Part shown: in pieces, positions 26,721 to 41,700 of the stretch
Layout of the letters: every line of letters starts with the position of its first letter
How positions within the stretch are numbered: position 1 is the stretch's first letter
Origin: Eledone cirrhosa
Taxonomy: Eukaryota
Reading direction: 5' to 3'
Assembly: GCA_964016885.1 (NCBI GenBank)
Contig: OZ024744.1
Location: 116,994,001 to 117,058,000 of the forward strand
DNA: 64,000 nucleotides
Made by a program: the position numbers and the translations under genes
Notes under the pieces: generated by a model
Seen by the model: the letters and a program-made list of their open reading frames with translations, nothing else
Database searches by the model: none
What the model was told of the DNA's origin: nothing

Positions 26721-29700
26721 TCTCTCATCCTGACAGCATGTTAGCATGGGTCTGACAGGTCCTTCCCTGAATCTCTCCACTACTGACTTCCTTCTTCTCT
26801 CTCACTCTCATCCTGACATCATGTTAGCATGGGTTTGACAGGTCCTTCCTTGAATCTCTCCACTACTGACTTCCTTCTTCTCTCTCTCTCTCATCCTGAC
26901 AGCATGTTAGCATGGGTTTGACAGGTCCTTCTCTGAATCTCTCCACTACTGACTTCCTTCTTCTCTCTCTCTCTCATCCTGACATCATGTTAGCATGGGT
27001 TTGACAGGTCCTTCTCTGAATCTCTCCACTACTGACTTCCTTCTTCTCTCTCTCTCTCATCCTGACAGCATGTTAGCATGGGTCTGACAGGTCCTTCCCT
27101 GAATCTCTCCACTACTGACTTCCTTCTTCTCTCTCTCATCCTGACATCATGTTAGCATGGGTTTGACAGGTCCTTCCCTGAATCTCTCCACTACTGACTT
27201 CCTTCTTCTCTCTCTCTCTCATCCTGACAGCATGTTAGCATGGGTCTGACAGGTCCTTCCCTGAATCTCTCCACTACTGACTTCCTTCTTCTCTCTCTCT
27301 CTCATCCTGACATCATGTTAGCATGGGTTTGACAGGTCCTTCCCTGAATCTCTCCACTACTGACTTCCTTCTTCTCTCTCTCTCTCATCCTTACAGCATG
27401 TTAGCATGGGTTTGACAGGTCCTTCCCTGAATCTCTCCACTACTGACTTCCTTCTTCTCTCTCTCATCCTGACATCATGTTAGCATGGGTTTGACAGGTC
27501 CTTCTCTGAATCTCTCCACTACTGACTACCTTCTTCTCTCTCTCTCTCATCCTTACAGCATGTTAGCATGGGTTTGACAGGTCCTTCCCTGAATCTCTCC
27601 ACTACTGACTTCCTTCTTCTCTCTCTCTCTCATCCTGACATCATGTTAGCATGGGTTTGACAGGTCCTTCCCTGAATCTCTCCACTACTGACTTCCTTCT
27701 TCTCTCTCTCATCCTGACATCATGTTAGCATGGGTTTGACAGGTCCTTCCCTGAATCTCTCCACTACTGACTTCCTTCTTCTCTCTCTCATCCTGACATC
27801 ATGTTAGCATGGGTTTGACAGGTCCTTCTCTGAATCTCTCCACTACTCAGTTCCTTCTTCTCTCTCTCTCTCATCCTGACATCATGTTAGCATGGGTCTG
27901 ACAGGTCCTTCCCTGAATCTCTCCACTACTGACTTCCTTCTTCTCTCTCTCTCTCATCCTTACAGCATGTTAGCATGGGTTTGACAGGTCCTTCCCTGAA
28001 TCTCTCCACTACTGACTTCCTTCTTCTTCTCTCTCTCATCCTGACAGCATGTTAGCATGGGTTTGACAGGTCCTTCCCTGAATCTCTCCACTACTGACTT
28101 CCTTCTTCTCTCTCTCTCTCATCCTGACATCATGTTAGCATGGGTCTGACAGGTCCTTCCCTGAATCTCTCCACTACTCAGTTCCTTCTTCTCTCTCTCT
28201 CTCATCCTGACATCATGATAGCATGGGTTTGACAGGTCCTTCCCTGAATCTCTCCATTACTGACTTCCTTCTTCTCTCTCTCTCTCATCCTGACATCATG
28301 TTAGCATGGGTTTGACAGGTCCTTCCCTGAATCTCTCCATTACTGACTTCCTTCTTCTCTCTCTCTCTCATCCTGACATCATGTTAGCATGGGTTTGACA
28401 GGTCCTTCCCTGAATCTCTCCACTACTGACTTCCTTCTTCTCTCTCTCTCTCATCCTGACATCATGTTAGCATGGGTTTGACAGGTCCTTCCCTGAATCT
28501 CTCCACTACTGACTTCCTTCTTCTCTCTCTTTCTCATCCTGACAGCATGTTAGCATGGGTCTGACAGGTCCTTCCCTGAATCTCTCCACTACTGACTTCC
28601 TTCTTCTTCTCTCTCTCATCCTGACAGCATGTTAGCATGGGTTTGACAGGTCCCTCCCTGAATCTCTCCACTACTCAGTTCCTTCTTCTCTCTCTCTCAT
28701 CCTCACATCATGTTAGCATGGGTTTGACAGGTCCTTCCCTGAATCTCTCCTCTACTGACTTCCTTCTTCTCTCTCTCTCTCATCCTGACAGCATGTTAGC
28801 ATGGGTTTGACAGGTCCTTCCCTGAATCTCTCCACTACTGACTTCCTTCTTCTCTCTCTCTCTCATCCTGACATCATGTTAGCATGGGTTTGACAGGTCC
28901 TTCCCTGAATCTCTCCACTACTGACTTCCTTCTTCTCTCTCTCTCTCATCCTGACATCATGTTAGCATGGGTTTGACAGGTCCTTCCCTGAATCTCTCCA
29001 CTACTGACTTCCTTCTCTTTCTCTCTCTCATCCTGACATCATGTTAGCATGGGTTTGACAGGTCCTTCCCTGAATCTCTCCACTACTGACTTCCTTCTTC
29101 TCTCTCTCTCTCATCCTGACATCATGTTAGCATGGGTTTGACAGGTCCTTCCCTGAATCTCTCCACTACTGACTTCCTTCTTCTCTCTCTCTCTCATCCT
29201 TACAGCATGTTAGCATGGGTTTGACAGGTCCTTCCCTGAATCTCTCCACTACTGACTTCCTTCTTCTCTCTCTCTCTCATCCTTACAGCATGTTAGCATG
29301 GGTTTGACAGGTCCTTCCCTGAATCTCTCCACTACTGACTTCCTTCTCTCTCTCTCTCATCCTGACATCATGTTAGCATGGGTCTGACAGGTCCTTCCCT
29401 GAATCTCTCCACTACTCAGTTCCTTCTTCTCTCTCTCTCTCATCATGACATCATGTTAGCATGGGTTTGACAGGTCCTTCCCTGAATCTCTCCACTACTG
29501 ACTTCCTTCTTCTCTCTCTCATCCTGACATCATGTTAGCATGGGTCTGACAGGTCCTTCCCTGAATCTCTCCACTACTGACTTCCTTCTTCTCTCTCTCT
29601 CTCTCATCCTGACATCATGTTAGCATGGGTCTGACAGGTCCTTCCCTGAATCTCTCCACTACTGACTTCCTTCTTCTCTCTCTCTCTCATCCTGACAGCA

Positions 29701-32700
29701 TGTTAGCATGGGTCTGACAGGTCCTTCCCTGAATCTCTCCACTACTGACTTCCTTCTTCTCTCTCTCTCTCATCCTGACATCATGTTAGCATGGGTTTGA
29801 CAGGTCCTTCCCTGAATCTCTCCACTACTGACTTCCTTCTTCTCTCTCTCTCTCATCCTGACAGCATGTTAGCATGGGTTTGACAGGTCCTTCTCTGAAT
29901 CTCTCCACTACTGACTTCCTTCTTCTCTCTCTCTCTCATCCTGACATCATGTTAGCATGGGTTTGACAGGTCCTTCTCTGAATCTCTCCACTACTGACTT
30001 CCTTCTTCTCTCTCTCTCTCATCCTGACAGCATGTTAGCATGGGTCTGACAGGTCCTTCCCTGAATCTCTCCACTACTGACTTCCTTCTTCTCTCTCTCA
30101 TCCTGACATCATGTTAGCATGGGTTTGACAGGTCCTTCCCTGAATCTCTCCACTACTGACTTCCTTCTTCTCTCTCTCTCTCATCCTGACAGCATGTTAG
30201 CATGGGTCTGACAGGTCCTTCCCTGAATCTCTCCACTACTGACTTCCTTCTTCTCTCTCTCTCTCATCCTGACATCATGTTAGCATGGGTTTGACAGGTC
30301 CTTCCCTGAATCTCTCCACTACTGACTTCCTTCTTCTCTCTCTCTCTCATCCTTACAGCATGTTAGCATGGGTTTGACAGGTCCTTCCCTGAATCTCTCC
30401 ACTACTGACTTCCTTCTTCTCTCTCTCATCCTGACATCATGTTAGTATGGGTTTGACAGGTCCTTCTCTGAATCTCTCCACTACTGACTACCTTCTTCTC
30501 TCTCTCTCTCTCATCCTTACAGCATGTTAGCATGGGTTTGACAGGTCCTTCCCTGAATCTCTCCACTACTGACTTCCTTCTTCTCTCTCTCTCTCATCCT
30601 GACATCATGTTAGCATGGGTTTGACAGGTCCTTCCCTGAATCTCTCCACTACTGACTTCCTTCTTCTCTCTCTCATCCTGACATCATGTTAGCATGGGTT
30701 TGACAGGTCCTTCCCTGAATCTCTCCACTACTAACTTCCTTCTTCTCTCTCTCATCCTGACATCATGTTAGCATGGGTTTGACAGGTCCTTCTCTGAATC
30801 TCTCCACTACTGACTTCCTTCTTCTCTCTCTCTCTCATCCTTACAGCATGTTAGCATGGGTTTGACAGGTCCTTCCTGAATCTCTCCACTACTGACTTCC
30901 TTCTTCTCTCTCTCATCCTGACATCATGTTAGCATGGGTTTGACAGGTCCTTCCCTGAATCTCTCCACTACTGACTTCCTTCTTCTCTCTCTCATCCTGA
31001 CATCATGTTAGCATGGGTTTGACAGGTCCTTCCCTGAATCTCTCCACTACTGACTTCCTTCTTCTCTCTCTCTCTCATCCTGACAGCATGTTAGCATGGG
31101 TTTGACAGGTCCTTCTCTGAATCTCTCCACTACTCAGTTCCTTCTTCTCTCTCTCTCTCATCCTGACATCATGTTAGCATGGGTCTGACAGGTCCTTCCC
31201 TGAATCTCTCCACTACTGACTTCCTTCTTCTCTCTCTCTCTCATCCTTACAGCATGTTAGCATGGGTTTGACAGGTCCTTCCCTGAATCTCTCCACTACT
31301 GACTTCCTTCTTCTTCTCTCTCTCATCCTGACAGCATGTTAGCATGGGTTTGACAGGTCCTTCCCTGAATCTCTCCACTACTGACTTCCTTCTTCTCTCT
31401 CTCTCTCATCCTGACATCATGTTAGCATGGGTCTGACAGGTCCTTCCCTGAATCTCTCCACTACTCAGTTCCTTCTTCTCTCTCTCTCTCATCCTGACAT
31501 CATGTTAGCATGGGTTTGACAGGTCCTTCCCTGAATCTCTCCACTACTGACTTCCTTCTTCTCTCTCTCATCCTGACATCATGTTAGCATGGGTTTGACA
31601 GGTCCTTCCCTGAATCTCTCCACTACTGACTTCCTTCTCCTCTCTCTCTCTCATCCTGACATCATGTTAGCATGGGTCTGACAGGTCCTTCCCTGAATCT
31701 CTCCACTACTCAGTTCCTTCTTCTCTCTCTCTCTCATCCTGACATCATGTTAGCATGGGTTTGACAGGTCCTTCCCTGAATCTCTCCATTACTGACTTCC
31801 TTCTTCTCTCTCTCTCTCATCCTGACATCATGTTAGCATGGGTTTGACAGGTCCTTCCCTGAATCTCTCCATTACTGACTTCCTTCTTCTCTCTCTCTCT
31901 CATCCTGACATCATGTTAGCATGGGTTTGACAGGTCCTTCCCTGAATCTCTCCACTACTGACTTCCTTCTTCTCTCTCTCTCTCATCCTGACATCATGTT
32001 AGCATGGGTTTGACAGGTCCTTCTCTGAATCTCTCCACTACTGACTTCCTTCTTCTCTCTCTCTCTCATACTGACATCATGTTAGCATGGGTTTGACAGG
32101 TCCTTCCCTGAATCTCTCCACTACTGACTTCCTTCTCTCTCTCTCTCTCTCATCCTGACATCATGTTAGCATGGGTCTGACAGGTCCTTCCCTGAATCTC
32201 TCCACTACTGACTTCCTTCTTCTCTCTCTCTCTCATACTGACATCATGTTAGCATGGGTTTGACAAGTCCTTCCCTGAATCTCTCCACTACTGACTTCCT
32301 TCTTCTCTCTCTCATCCTGACATCATGTTAGCATGGGTTTGACAGGTCCTTCCCTGAATCTCTCCACTACTGACTTCCTTCTTCTCTCTCTTTCTCATCC
32401 TGACAGCATGTTAGCATGGGTCTGACAGGTCCTTCCCTGAATCTCTCCACTACTGACTTCCTTCTTCTTCTCTCTCTCATCCTGACAGCATGTTAGCATG
32501 GGTTTGACAGGTCCCTCCCTGAATCTCTCCACTACTCAGTTCCTTCTTCTCTCTCTCTCATCCTCACATCATGTTAGCATGGGTTTGACAGGTCCTTCCC
32601 TGAATCTCTCCTCTACTGACTTCCTTCTTCTCTCTCTCTCTCATCCTGACAGCATGTTAGCATGGGTTTGACAGGTCCTTCCCTGAATCTCTCCACTACT

Positions 32701-33500
32701 GACTTCCTTCTTCTCTCTCTCTCTCATCCTGACATCATGTTAGCATGGGTTTGACAGGTCCTTCCCTGAATCTCTCCACTACTGACTTCCTTCTTCTCTC
32801 TCTCTCTCATCCTGACATGATGTTAGCATGGGTTTGACAGGTCCTTCCCTGAATCTCTCCACTACTGACTTCCTTCTCTTTCTCTCTCTCATCCTGACAT
32901 CATGTTAGCATGGGTTTGACAGGTCCTTCCCTGAATCTCTCCACTACTGACTTCCTTCTTCTCTCTCTCTCTCATCCTGACATCATGTTAGCATGGGTTT
33001 GACAGGTCCTTCCCTGAATCTCTCCACTACTGACTTCCTTCTTCTCTCTCTCTCTCATCCTTACAGCATGTTAGCATGGGTTTGACAGGTCCTTCCCTGA
33101 ATCTCTCCACTACTGACTTCCTTCTTCTCTCTCTCTCTCATCCTTACAGCATGTTAGCATGGGTTTGACAGGTCCTTCCCTGAATCTCTCCACTACTGAC
33201 TTCCTTCTCTCTCTCTCTCATCCTGACATCATGTTAGCATGGGTCTGACAGGTCCTTCCCTGAATCTCTCCACTACTCAGTTCCTTCTTCTCTCTCTCTC
33301 TCTCATCATGACATCATGTTAGCATGGGTTTGACAGGTCCTTCCCTGAATCTCTCCACTACTGACTTCCTTCTTCTCTCTCTCATCCTGACATCATGTTA
33401 GCATGGGTTTGACAGGTCCTTCTCTGAATCTCTCCACTACTGACTTCCTTCTTCTCTCTCTCTCTCTCATCCTGACATCATGTTAGCATGGGTCTGACAG
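26720..33500. repeat. Tandem duplication of a ~3-kb block; second copy expanded to ~3.9 kb
   Basis: Markers GACTACC (27528/30490, offset 2962) and GGTCCCTCCC (28651/32512, offset 3861), plus CTCCTCTACT (~28751/~32611) and TTCTCTTTCT (~29015/~32875). Confidence 0.85.
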
Positions 33501-35779
33501 GTCCTTCCCTGAATCTCTCCACTACTGACTTCCTTCTTCTCTCTCTCTCTCATCCTGACATCATGTTAGCATGGGTTTGACAGGTCCTTCCCTGAATCTC
33601 TCCACTACTCAGTTCCTTCTTCTCTCTCTCATCCTTACAGCATGTTAGCATGGGTTTGACAGGTCCTTCCCTGAATCTCTCCACTACTGACTTCCTTCTC
33701 TCTCTCTCTCTCATCCTGACAGCATGTTAGCATGGGTTTGACAGGTCCTTCCCTGAATCTCTCCACTACTGACTTCCTTCTTCTCTCTCTCATCCTGACA
33801 TCATGTTAGCATGAGTCTGACAGGTCCTTCCCTGAATCTCTCCACTACTGACTTCCTTCTTCTCTCTCTCTCTCATCCTGACAGCATGTTAGCATGGGTT
33901 TGACAGGTCCTTCCCTGAATCTCTCCACTACTGACTTCCTTCTTCTCTCTCTCTCTCATCCTTACAGCATGTTAGCATGGGTTTGACAGGTCCTTCCCTG
34001 AATCTCTCCACTACTGACTTCCTTCTTCTCTCTCTCATCCTGACATCATGTTAGCATGGGTCTGACAGGTCCTTCCCTGAATCTCTCCACTACTCAGTTC
34101 CTTCTTCTCTCTCTCTCTCATCCTTACAGCATGTTAGCATGGGTCTGACAGGTCCTTCTCTGAATCTCTCCACTACTTAGTTCCTTCTTCTCTCTCTCTC
34201 TCATCCTGACATCATGTTAGCATGGGTTTGACAGGTCCTTCCCTGAATCTCTCCACTACTGACTTCCTTCTTCTCTCTCTCTCTCATCCTGACATCATGT
34301 TAGCATGGGTTTGACAGGTCCTTCCCTGAATCTCTCCACTACTGACTTCCTTCTTCTCTCTCTCTCTCATCATGACATCATGTTAGCATGGGTTTGACAG
34401 GTCCTTCCCTGAATCTCTCCACTACTGACTTCCTTCTTCTCTCTCTCTCTCTCATCCTGACAGCATGTTAGCATGGGTTTGACAGGTCCTTCCCTGAATC
34501 TCTCCACTACTGACTTCCTTCTTCTCTCTCTCTCTCATCCTTAAAGCATGTTAGCATGGGTTTGACAGGTCCTTCCCTGAATCTCTCCACTACTGACTTC
34601 CTTCTTCTCTCTCTCTCTCATCATGACATCATATTAGCATGGGTTTGACAGGTCCTTCCCTGAATCTCTCCACTACTGACTTCCTTCTTCTCTCTCTCTC
34701 TCATCCTGACATCATGTTAGCATGGGTTTGACAGGTCCTTCCCTGAATCTCTCCACTACTGACTTCCTTCTTCTCTCTCTCTCTCATCCTTACAGCATGT
34801 TAGCATGGGTTTGACAGGTCCTTCCCTGAATCTCTCCACTACTGACTTCCTTCTTCTCTCTCTCTCTCATCCTTACAGCATGTTAGCATGGGTTTGACAG
34901 GTCCTTCCCTGAATCTCTCCACTACTGATTTCCTTCTTCTCTCTCTCATCCTGACATCATGTTAGCATGGGTTTGACAGGTCCTTCCCTGAATCTCTCCA
35001 CTACTGACTTCCTTCTTCTCTCTCTCTCTCATCCTGACATCATGTTAGCATGGGTCTGACAGGTCCTTCCCTGAATCTCTCCACTACTCAGTTCCTTCTT
35101 CTCTCTCTCTCTCATCCTTACAGCATGTTAGCATGGGTTTGACAGGTCCTTCCCTGAATCTCTCCACTACTGACTTCCTTCTTCTCTCTCTCTCTCATCC
35201 TCACATCATGTTAGCATGGGTTTGACAGGTCCTTCCCTGAATCTCTCCACTACTCAGTTCCTTCTCTCTCTCTCATCATGACAGCATGTTAGCATGGGTT
35301 TGACAGGTCCTTCCCTGAATCTCTCCACTACTCAGTTCCTTCTTCTCTCTCTCTCTCATCCTGACATCATGTTAGCATGGGTTTGACAGGTCCTTCCCTG
35401 AATCTCTCCATTACTGACTTCCTTCTTCTCTCTCTCTCTCATCCTGACATCATGTTAGCATGGGTTTGACAGGTCCTTCCCTGAATCTCTCCACTACTGA
35501 CTTCCTTCTTCTCTCTCTCTCTCATCCTGACATCATGTTAGCATGGGTTTGACAGATCCTTCCCTGAATCTCTCCACTACTGACTTCCTTCTTCTCTCTC
35601 TCATCCTGACATCATGTTCGCATGGGTTTGACAGGTCCTTCCCTGAATCTCTCCACTACTGACTTCCTTCTTCTCTCTCTCATCCTGACATCATGTTAGC
35701 ATGGGTTTGACAGGTCCTTCCCTGAATCTCTCCACTACTGACTTCCTTCTTCTCTCTCTTATCCTGACATCATGTTAGC

Positions 35780-38700
35780 ATGGGTTTGACAGGTCCTTCC
35801 CTGAATCTCTCCACTACTGACTTCCTTCTTCTCTCTCTCTCTCATCGTGACATCATGTTAGCATGGGTTTGACAGGTCCTTCCCTGAATCTCTCCACTAC
35901 TGACTTCCTTCTTCTCTCTCTCTCTCATCCTTACAGCATGTTAGCATGGGTTTGACAGGTCCTTCCCTGAATCTCTCCACTACTCAGTTCCTTCTTCTCT
36001 CTCTCTCTCATCCTTACAGCATGTTAGCATGGGTTTGACAGGTCCTTCCCTGAATCTCTCCACTACTGACTTCCTTCTTCTCTCTCTCTCTCATCCTCAC
36101 ATCATGTTAGCATGGGTTTGACAGGTCCTTCCCTGAATCTCTCCACTACTCAGTTCCTTCTCTCTCTCTCATCCTGACATCATGTTAGCATGGGTTTGAC
36201 AGGTCCTTCCCTGAATCTCTCCACTACTGACTTCCTTCTTCTCTCTCTCTCTCATCCTGACATCATGTTAGCATGGGTCTGACAGGTCCTTCCCTGAATC
36301 TCTCCACTACTCAGTTCCTTCTTCTCTCTCTCTCTCATCCTGACATCATGTTAGCATGGGTTTGACAGGTCCTTCCCTGAATCTCTCCACTACTGACTTC
36401 CTTCTGCTCTCTCTCATCCTGACATCATGTTAGCATGGGTTTGACAGGTCCTTCCCTGAATCTCTCCACTACTGACTTCCTTCTTCTCTCTCTCTCTCAT
36501 CCTGACATCATGTTAGCATGGGTCTGACAGGTCCTTCCCTGAATCTCTCCACTACTCAGTTCCTTCTTCTCTCTCTCTCTCATCCTGACATCATGTTAGC
36601 ATGGGTTTGACAGGTCCTTCCCTGAATCTCTCCATTACTGACTTCCTTCTTCTCTCTCTCTCTCATCCTGACATCATGTTAGCATGGGTTTGACAGGTCC
36701 TTCCCTGAATCTCTCCATTACTGACTTCCTTCTTCTCTCTCTCTCTCATCCTGACATCATGTTAGCATGGGTTTGACAGGTCCTTCCCTGAATCTCTCCA
36801 CTACTGACTTCCTTCTTCTCTCTCTCTCTCATCCTGACATCATGTTAGCATGGGTTTGACAGGTCCTTCCCTGAATCTCTCCACTACTGACTTCCTTCTT
36901 CTCTCTCTCTCTCATCCTGACATCATGTTAGCATGGGTTTGACAGGTCCTTCCCTGAATCTCTCCACTACTGACTTCCTTCTTCTCTCTCTCTCTCATCC
37001 TGACATCATGTTAGCATGGGTTTGACAGGTCCTTCCCTGAATCTCTCCACTACTGACTTCCTTCTTCTCTCTCTCTCTCATCCTGACATCATGTTAGCAT
37101 GGGTTTGACAGGTCCTTCCCTGAATCTCTCCACTACTGACTTCCTTCTTCTCTCTCTCTCTCATCCTGACATCATGTTAGCATGGGTTTGACAGGTCCTT
37201 CCCTGAATCTCTCCACTACTGACTTCCTTCTTCTCTCTCTCTCTCATCATGACATCATGTTAGCATGGGTTTGACAGGTCCTTCCCTGAATCTCTCCACT
37301 ACTGACTTCCTTCTTCTCTCTCTCTCTCATCCTGACAGCATGTTAGCATGGGTTTGACAGGTCCTTCCCTGAATCTCTCCACTACTGACTTCCTTCTTCT
37401 CTCTCTCTCTCATCGTGACATCATGTTAGCATGGGTTTGACAGGTCCTTCCCTGAATCTCTCCACTACTGACTTCCTTCTTCTCTCTCTCTCTCATCCTT
37501 ACAGCATGTTAGCATGGGTTTGACAGGTCCTTCCCTGAATCTCTCCACTACTGACTTCCTTCTTCTCTCTCTCTCTCATCATGACATCATGTTAGCATGG
37601 GTTTGACAGGTCCTTCCCTGAATCTCTCCACTACTGACTTCCTTCTTCTCTCTCTCTCTCATCCTGACATCATGTTAGCATGGGTTTGACAGGTCCTTCC
37701 CTGAATCTCTCCACTACTGACTTCCTTCTTCTCTCTCTCATCCTGACATCATGTTAGCATGGGTCTGACAGGTCCTTCCCTGAATCTCTCCACTACTGAC
37801 TTCCTTCTTCTCTCTCTCTCTCATCCTGACAGCATGTTAGCATGGGTTTGACAGGTCCTTCCCTGAATCTCTCCACTACTGACTTCCTTCTTCTCTCTCT
37901 CTCTCATCCTGACATCATGTTAGCATGGGTTTGACAGGTCCTTCCCTGAATCTCTCCACTACTGACTTCCTTCTTCTCTCTCTCTCTCATCGTGACATCA
38001 TGTTAGCATGGGTTTGACAGGTCCTTCCCTGAATCTCTCCACTACTGACTTCCTTCTTCACTCTCTCTCTCATCCTTACAGCATGTTAGCATGGGTTTGA
38101 CAGGTCCTTCCCTGAATCTCTCCACTACTCAGTTCCTTCTTCTCTCTCTCTCTCATCCTTACAGCATGTTAGCATGGGTTTGACAGGTCCTTCCCTGAAT
38201 CTCTCCACTACTGACTTCCTTCTTCTCTCTCTCTCTCATCCTCACATCATGTTAGCATGGGTTTGACAGGTCCTTCCCTGAATCTCTCCACTACTCAGTT
38301 CCTTCTCTCTCTCTCATCCTGACATCATGTTAGCATGGGTTTGACAGGTCCTTCCCTGAATCTCTCCACTACTGACTTCCTTCTTCTCTCTCTCTCTCAT
38401 CCTGACATCATGTTAGCATGGGTCTGACAGGTCCTTCCCTGAATCTCTCCACTACTCAGTTCCTTCTTCTCTCTCTCTCTCATCCTGACATCATGTTAGC
38501 ATGGGTTTGACAGGTCCTTCCCTGAATCTCTCCACTACTGACTTCCTTCTGCTCTCTCTCATCCTGACATCATGTTAGCATGGGTTTGACAGGTCCTTCC
38601 CTGAATCTCTCCACTACTGACTTCCTTCTTCTCTCTCTCTCTCATCCTGACATCATGTTAGCATGGGTCTGACAGGTCCTTCCCTGAATCTCTCCACTAC

Positions 38701-41700
38701 TCAGTTCCTTCTTCTCTCTCTCTCTCATCCTGACATCATGTTAGCATGGGTTTGACAGGTCCTTCCCTGAATCTCTCCATTACTGACTTCCTTCTTCTCT
38801 CTCTCTCTCATCCTGACATCATGTTAGCATGGGTTTGACAGGTCCTTCCCTGAATCTCTCCATTACTGACTTCCTTCTTCTCTCTCTCTCTCATCCTGAC
38901 ATCATGTTAGCATGGGTTTGACAGGTCCTTCCCTGAATCTCTCCACTACTGACTTCCTTCTTCTCTCTCTCTCTCATCCTGACATCATGTTAGCATGGGT
39001 TTGACAGGTCCTTCCCTGAATCTCTCCACTACTGACTTCCTTCTTCTCTCTCTCTCTCATCCTGACATCATGTTAGCATGGGTTTGACAGGTCCTTCCCT
39101 GAATCTCTCCACTACTGACTTCCTTCTTCTCTCTCTCTCTCATCCTGACATCATGTTAGCATGGGTTTGACAGGTCCTTCCCTGAATCTCTCCACTACTG
39201 ACTTCCTTCTTCTCTCTCTCTCTCATCCTGACATCATGTTAGCATGGGTTTGACAGGTCCTTCCCTGAATCTCTCCACTACTGACTTCCTTCTTCTCTCT
39301 CTCTCTCATCCTGACATCATGTTAGCATGGGTTTGACAGGTCCTTCCCTGAATCTCTCCACTACTGACTTCCTTCTTCTCTCTCTCTCTCATCATGACAT
39401 CATGTTAGCATGGGTTTGACAGGTCCTTCCCTGAATCTCTCCACTACTGACTTCCTTCTTCTCTCTCTCTCTCATCCTGACAGCATGTTAGCATGGGTTT
39501 GACAGGTCCTTCCCTGAATCTCTCCACTACTGACTTCCTTCTTCTCTCTCTCTCTCATCGTGACATCATGTTAGCATGGGTTTGACAGGTCCTTCCCTGA
39601 ATCTCTCCACTACTGACTTCCTTCTTCTCTCTCTCTCTCATCCTTACAGCATGTTAGCATGGGTTTGACAGGTCCTTCCCTGAATCTCTCCACTACTGAC
39701 TTCCTTCTTCTCTCTCTCTCTCATCATGACATCATGTTAGCATGGGTTTGACAGGTCCTTCCCTGAATCTCTCCACTACTGACTTCCTTCTTCTCTCTCT
39801 CTCTCATCCTGACATCATGTTAGCATGGGTTTGACAGGTCCTTCCCTGAATCTCTCCACTACTGACTTCCTTCTTCTCTCTCTCATCCTGACATCATGTT
39901 AGCATGGGTCTGACAGGTCCTTCCCTGAATCTCTCCACTACTGACTTCCTTCTTCTCTCTCTCTCTCATCCTGACAGCATGTTAGCATGGGTTTGACAGG
40001 TCCTTCCCTGAATCTCTCCACTACTGACTTCCTTCTTCTCTCTCTCTCTCATCCTGACATCATGTTAGCATGGGTTTGACAGGTCCTTCCCTGAATTTCT
40101 CCACTACTGACTTCCTTCTTCTCTCTCTCTCTCATCCTTACAGCATGTTAGCATGGGTTTGACAGGTCCTTCCCTGAATCTCTCCACTACTGACTTCCTT
40201 CTTCTCTCTCTCTCTCATCCTTACAGCATGTTAGCATGGGTTTGACAGGTCCTTCCCTGAATCTCTCCACTACTGACTTCCTTCTTCTCTCTCTCTCTCA
40301 TCCTGACATCATGTTAGCATGGGTCTGACAGGTCCTTCCCTGAATCTCTCCACTACTCAGTTCCTTCTTCTCTCGCTCTCTCATCATGACATCATGTTAG
40401 CATGGGTTTGACAGGTCCTTCCCTGAATCTTTCCACTACTGACTTCCTTCTTCTCTCTCTCATCCTGACATCATGTTAGCATGGGTTTGACAGGTCCTTC
40501 CCTGAATCTCTCCACTACTCAGTTCCTTCTTCTCTCTCTCTCTCATCCTTACAGCATGTTAGCATGGGTTTGACAGGTCCTTCCCTGAATCTTTCCACTA
40601 CTGACTTCCTTCTTCTCTCTCTCTCTCATCCTCACATCATGTTAGCATGGGTTTGACAGGTCCTTCCCTGAATCTCTCCACTACACAGTTCCTTCTCTCT
40701 CTCTCATCCTGACATCATGTTAGCATGGGTTTGACAGGTCCTTCCCTGAATCTCTCCACTACTGACTTCCTTCTTCTCTCTCTCTCTCATCCTGACATCA
40801 TGTTAGCATGGGTCTGACAGGTCCTTCCCTGAATCTCTCCACTACTCAGTTCCTTCTTCTCTCTCTCTCTCATCCTGACATCATGTTAGCATGGGTTTGA
40901 CAGGTCCTTCCCTGAATCTCTCCACTACTGACTTCCTTCTGCTCTCTCTCATCCTGACATCATGTTAGCATGGGTTTGACAGGTCCTTCCCGGAATCTCT
41001 CCACTACTGACTTCCTTCTTCTCTCTCTCTCTCATCCTGACATCATGTTAGCATGGGTCTGACAGGTCCTTCCCTGAATCTCTCCACTACTCAGTTCCTT
41101 CTTCTCTCTCTCTCTCATCCTGACATCATGTTAGCATGGGTTTGACAGGTCCTTCCCTGAATCTCTCCATTACTGACTTCCTTCTTCTCTCTCTCTCTCA
41201 TCCTGACATCATGTTAGCATGGGTTTGACAGGTCCTTCCCTGAATCTCTCCACTACTGACTTCCTTCTTCTCTCTCTCTCTCATCATGACATCATGTTAG
41301 CATGGGTTTGACAGGTCCTTCCCTGAATCTCTCCACTACTGACTTCCTTCTTCTCTCTCTCTCTCATCCTGACATCATGTTAGCATGGGTCTGACAGGTC
41401 CTTCCCTGAATCTCTCCACTACTCAGTTCCTTCTTCTCTCTCTCTCTCATCCTGACATCATGTTAGCATGGGTTTGACAGGTCCTTCCCTGAATCTCTCC
41501 ACTACTGACTTCCTTCTTCTCTCTCTCTCTCATCCTGACATCATGTTAGCATGGGTTTGACAGGTCTTTCCCTGAATCTCTCCACTACTGACTTCCTTCT
41601 TCTCTCTCTCTCTCATCATGACATCATGTTAGCATGGGTTTGACAGGTCCTTCCCTGAATCTCTCCACTACTGACTTCCTTCTTCTCTCTCTCTCTCATC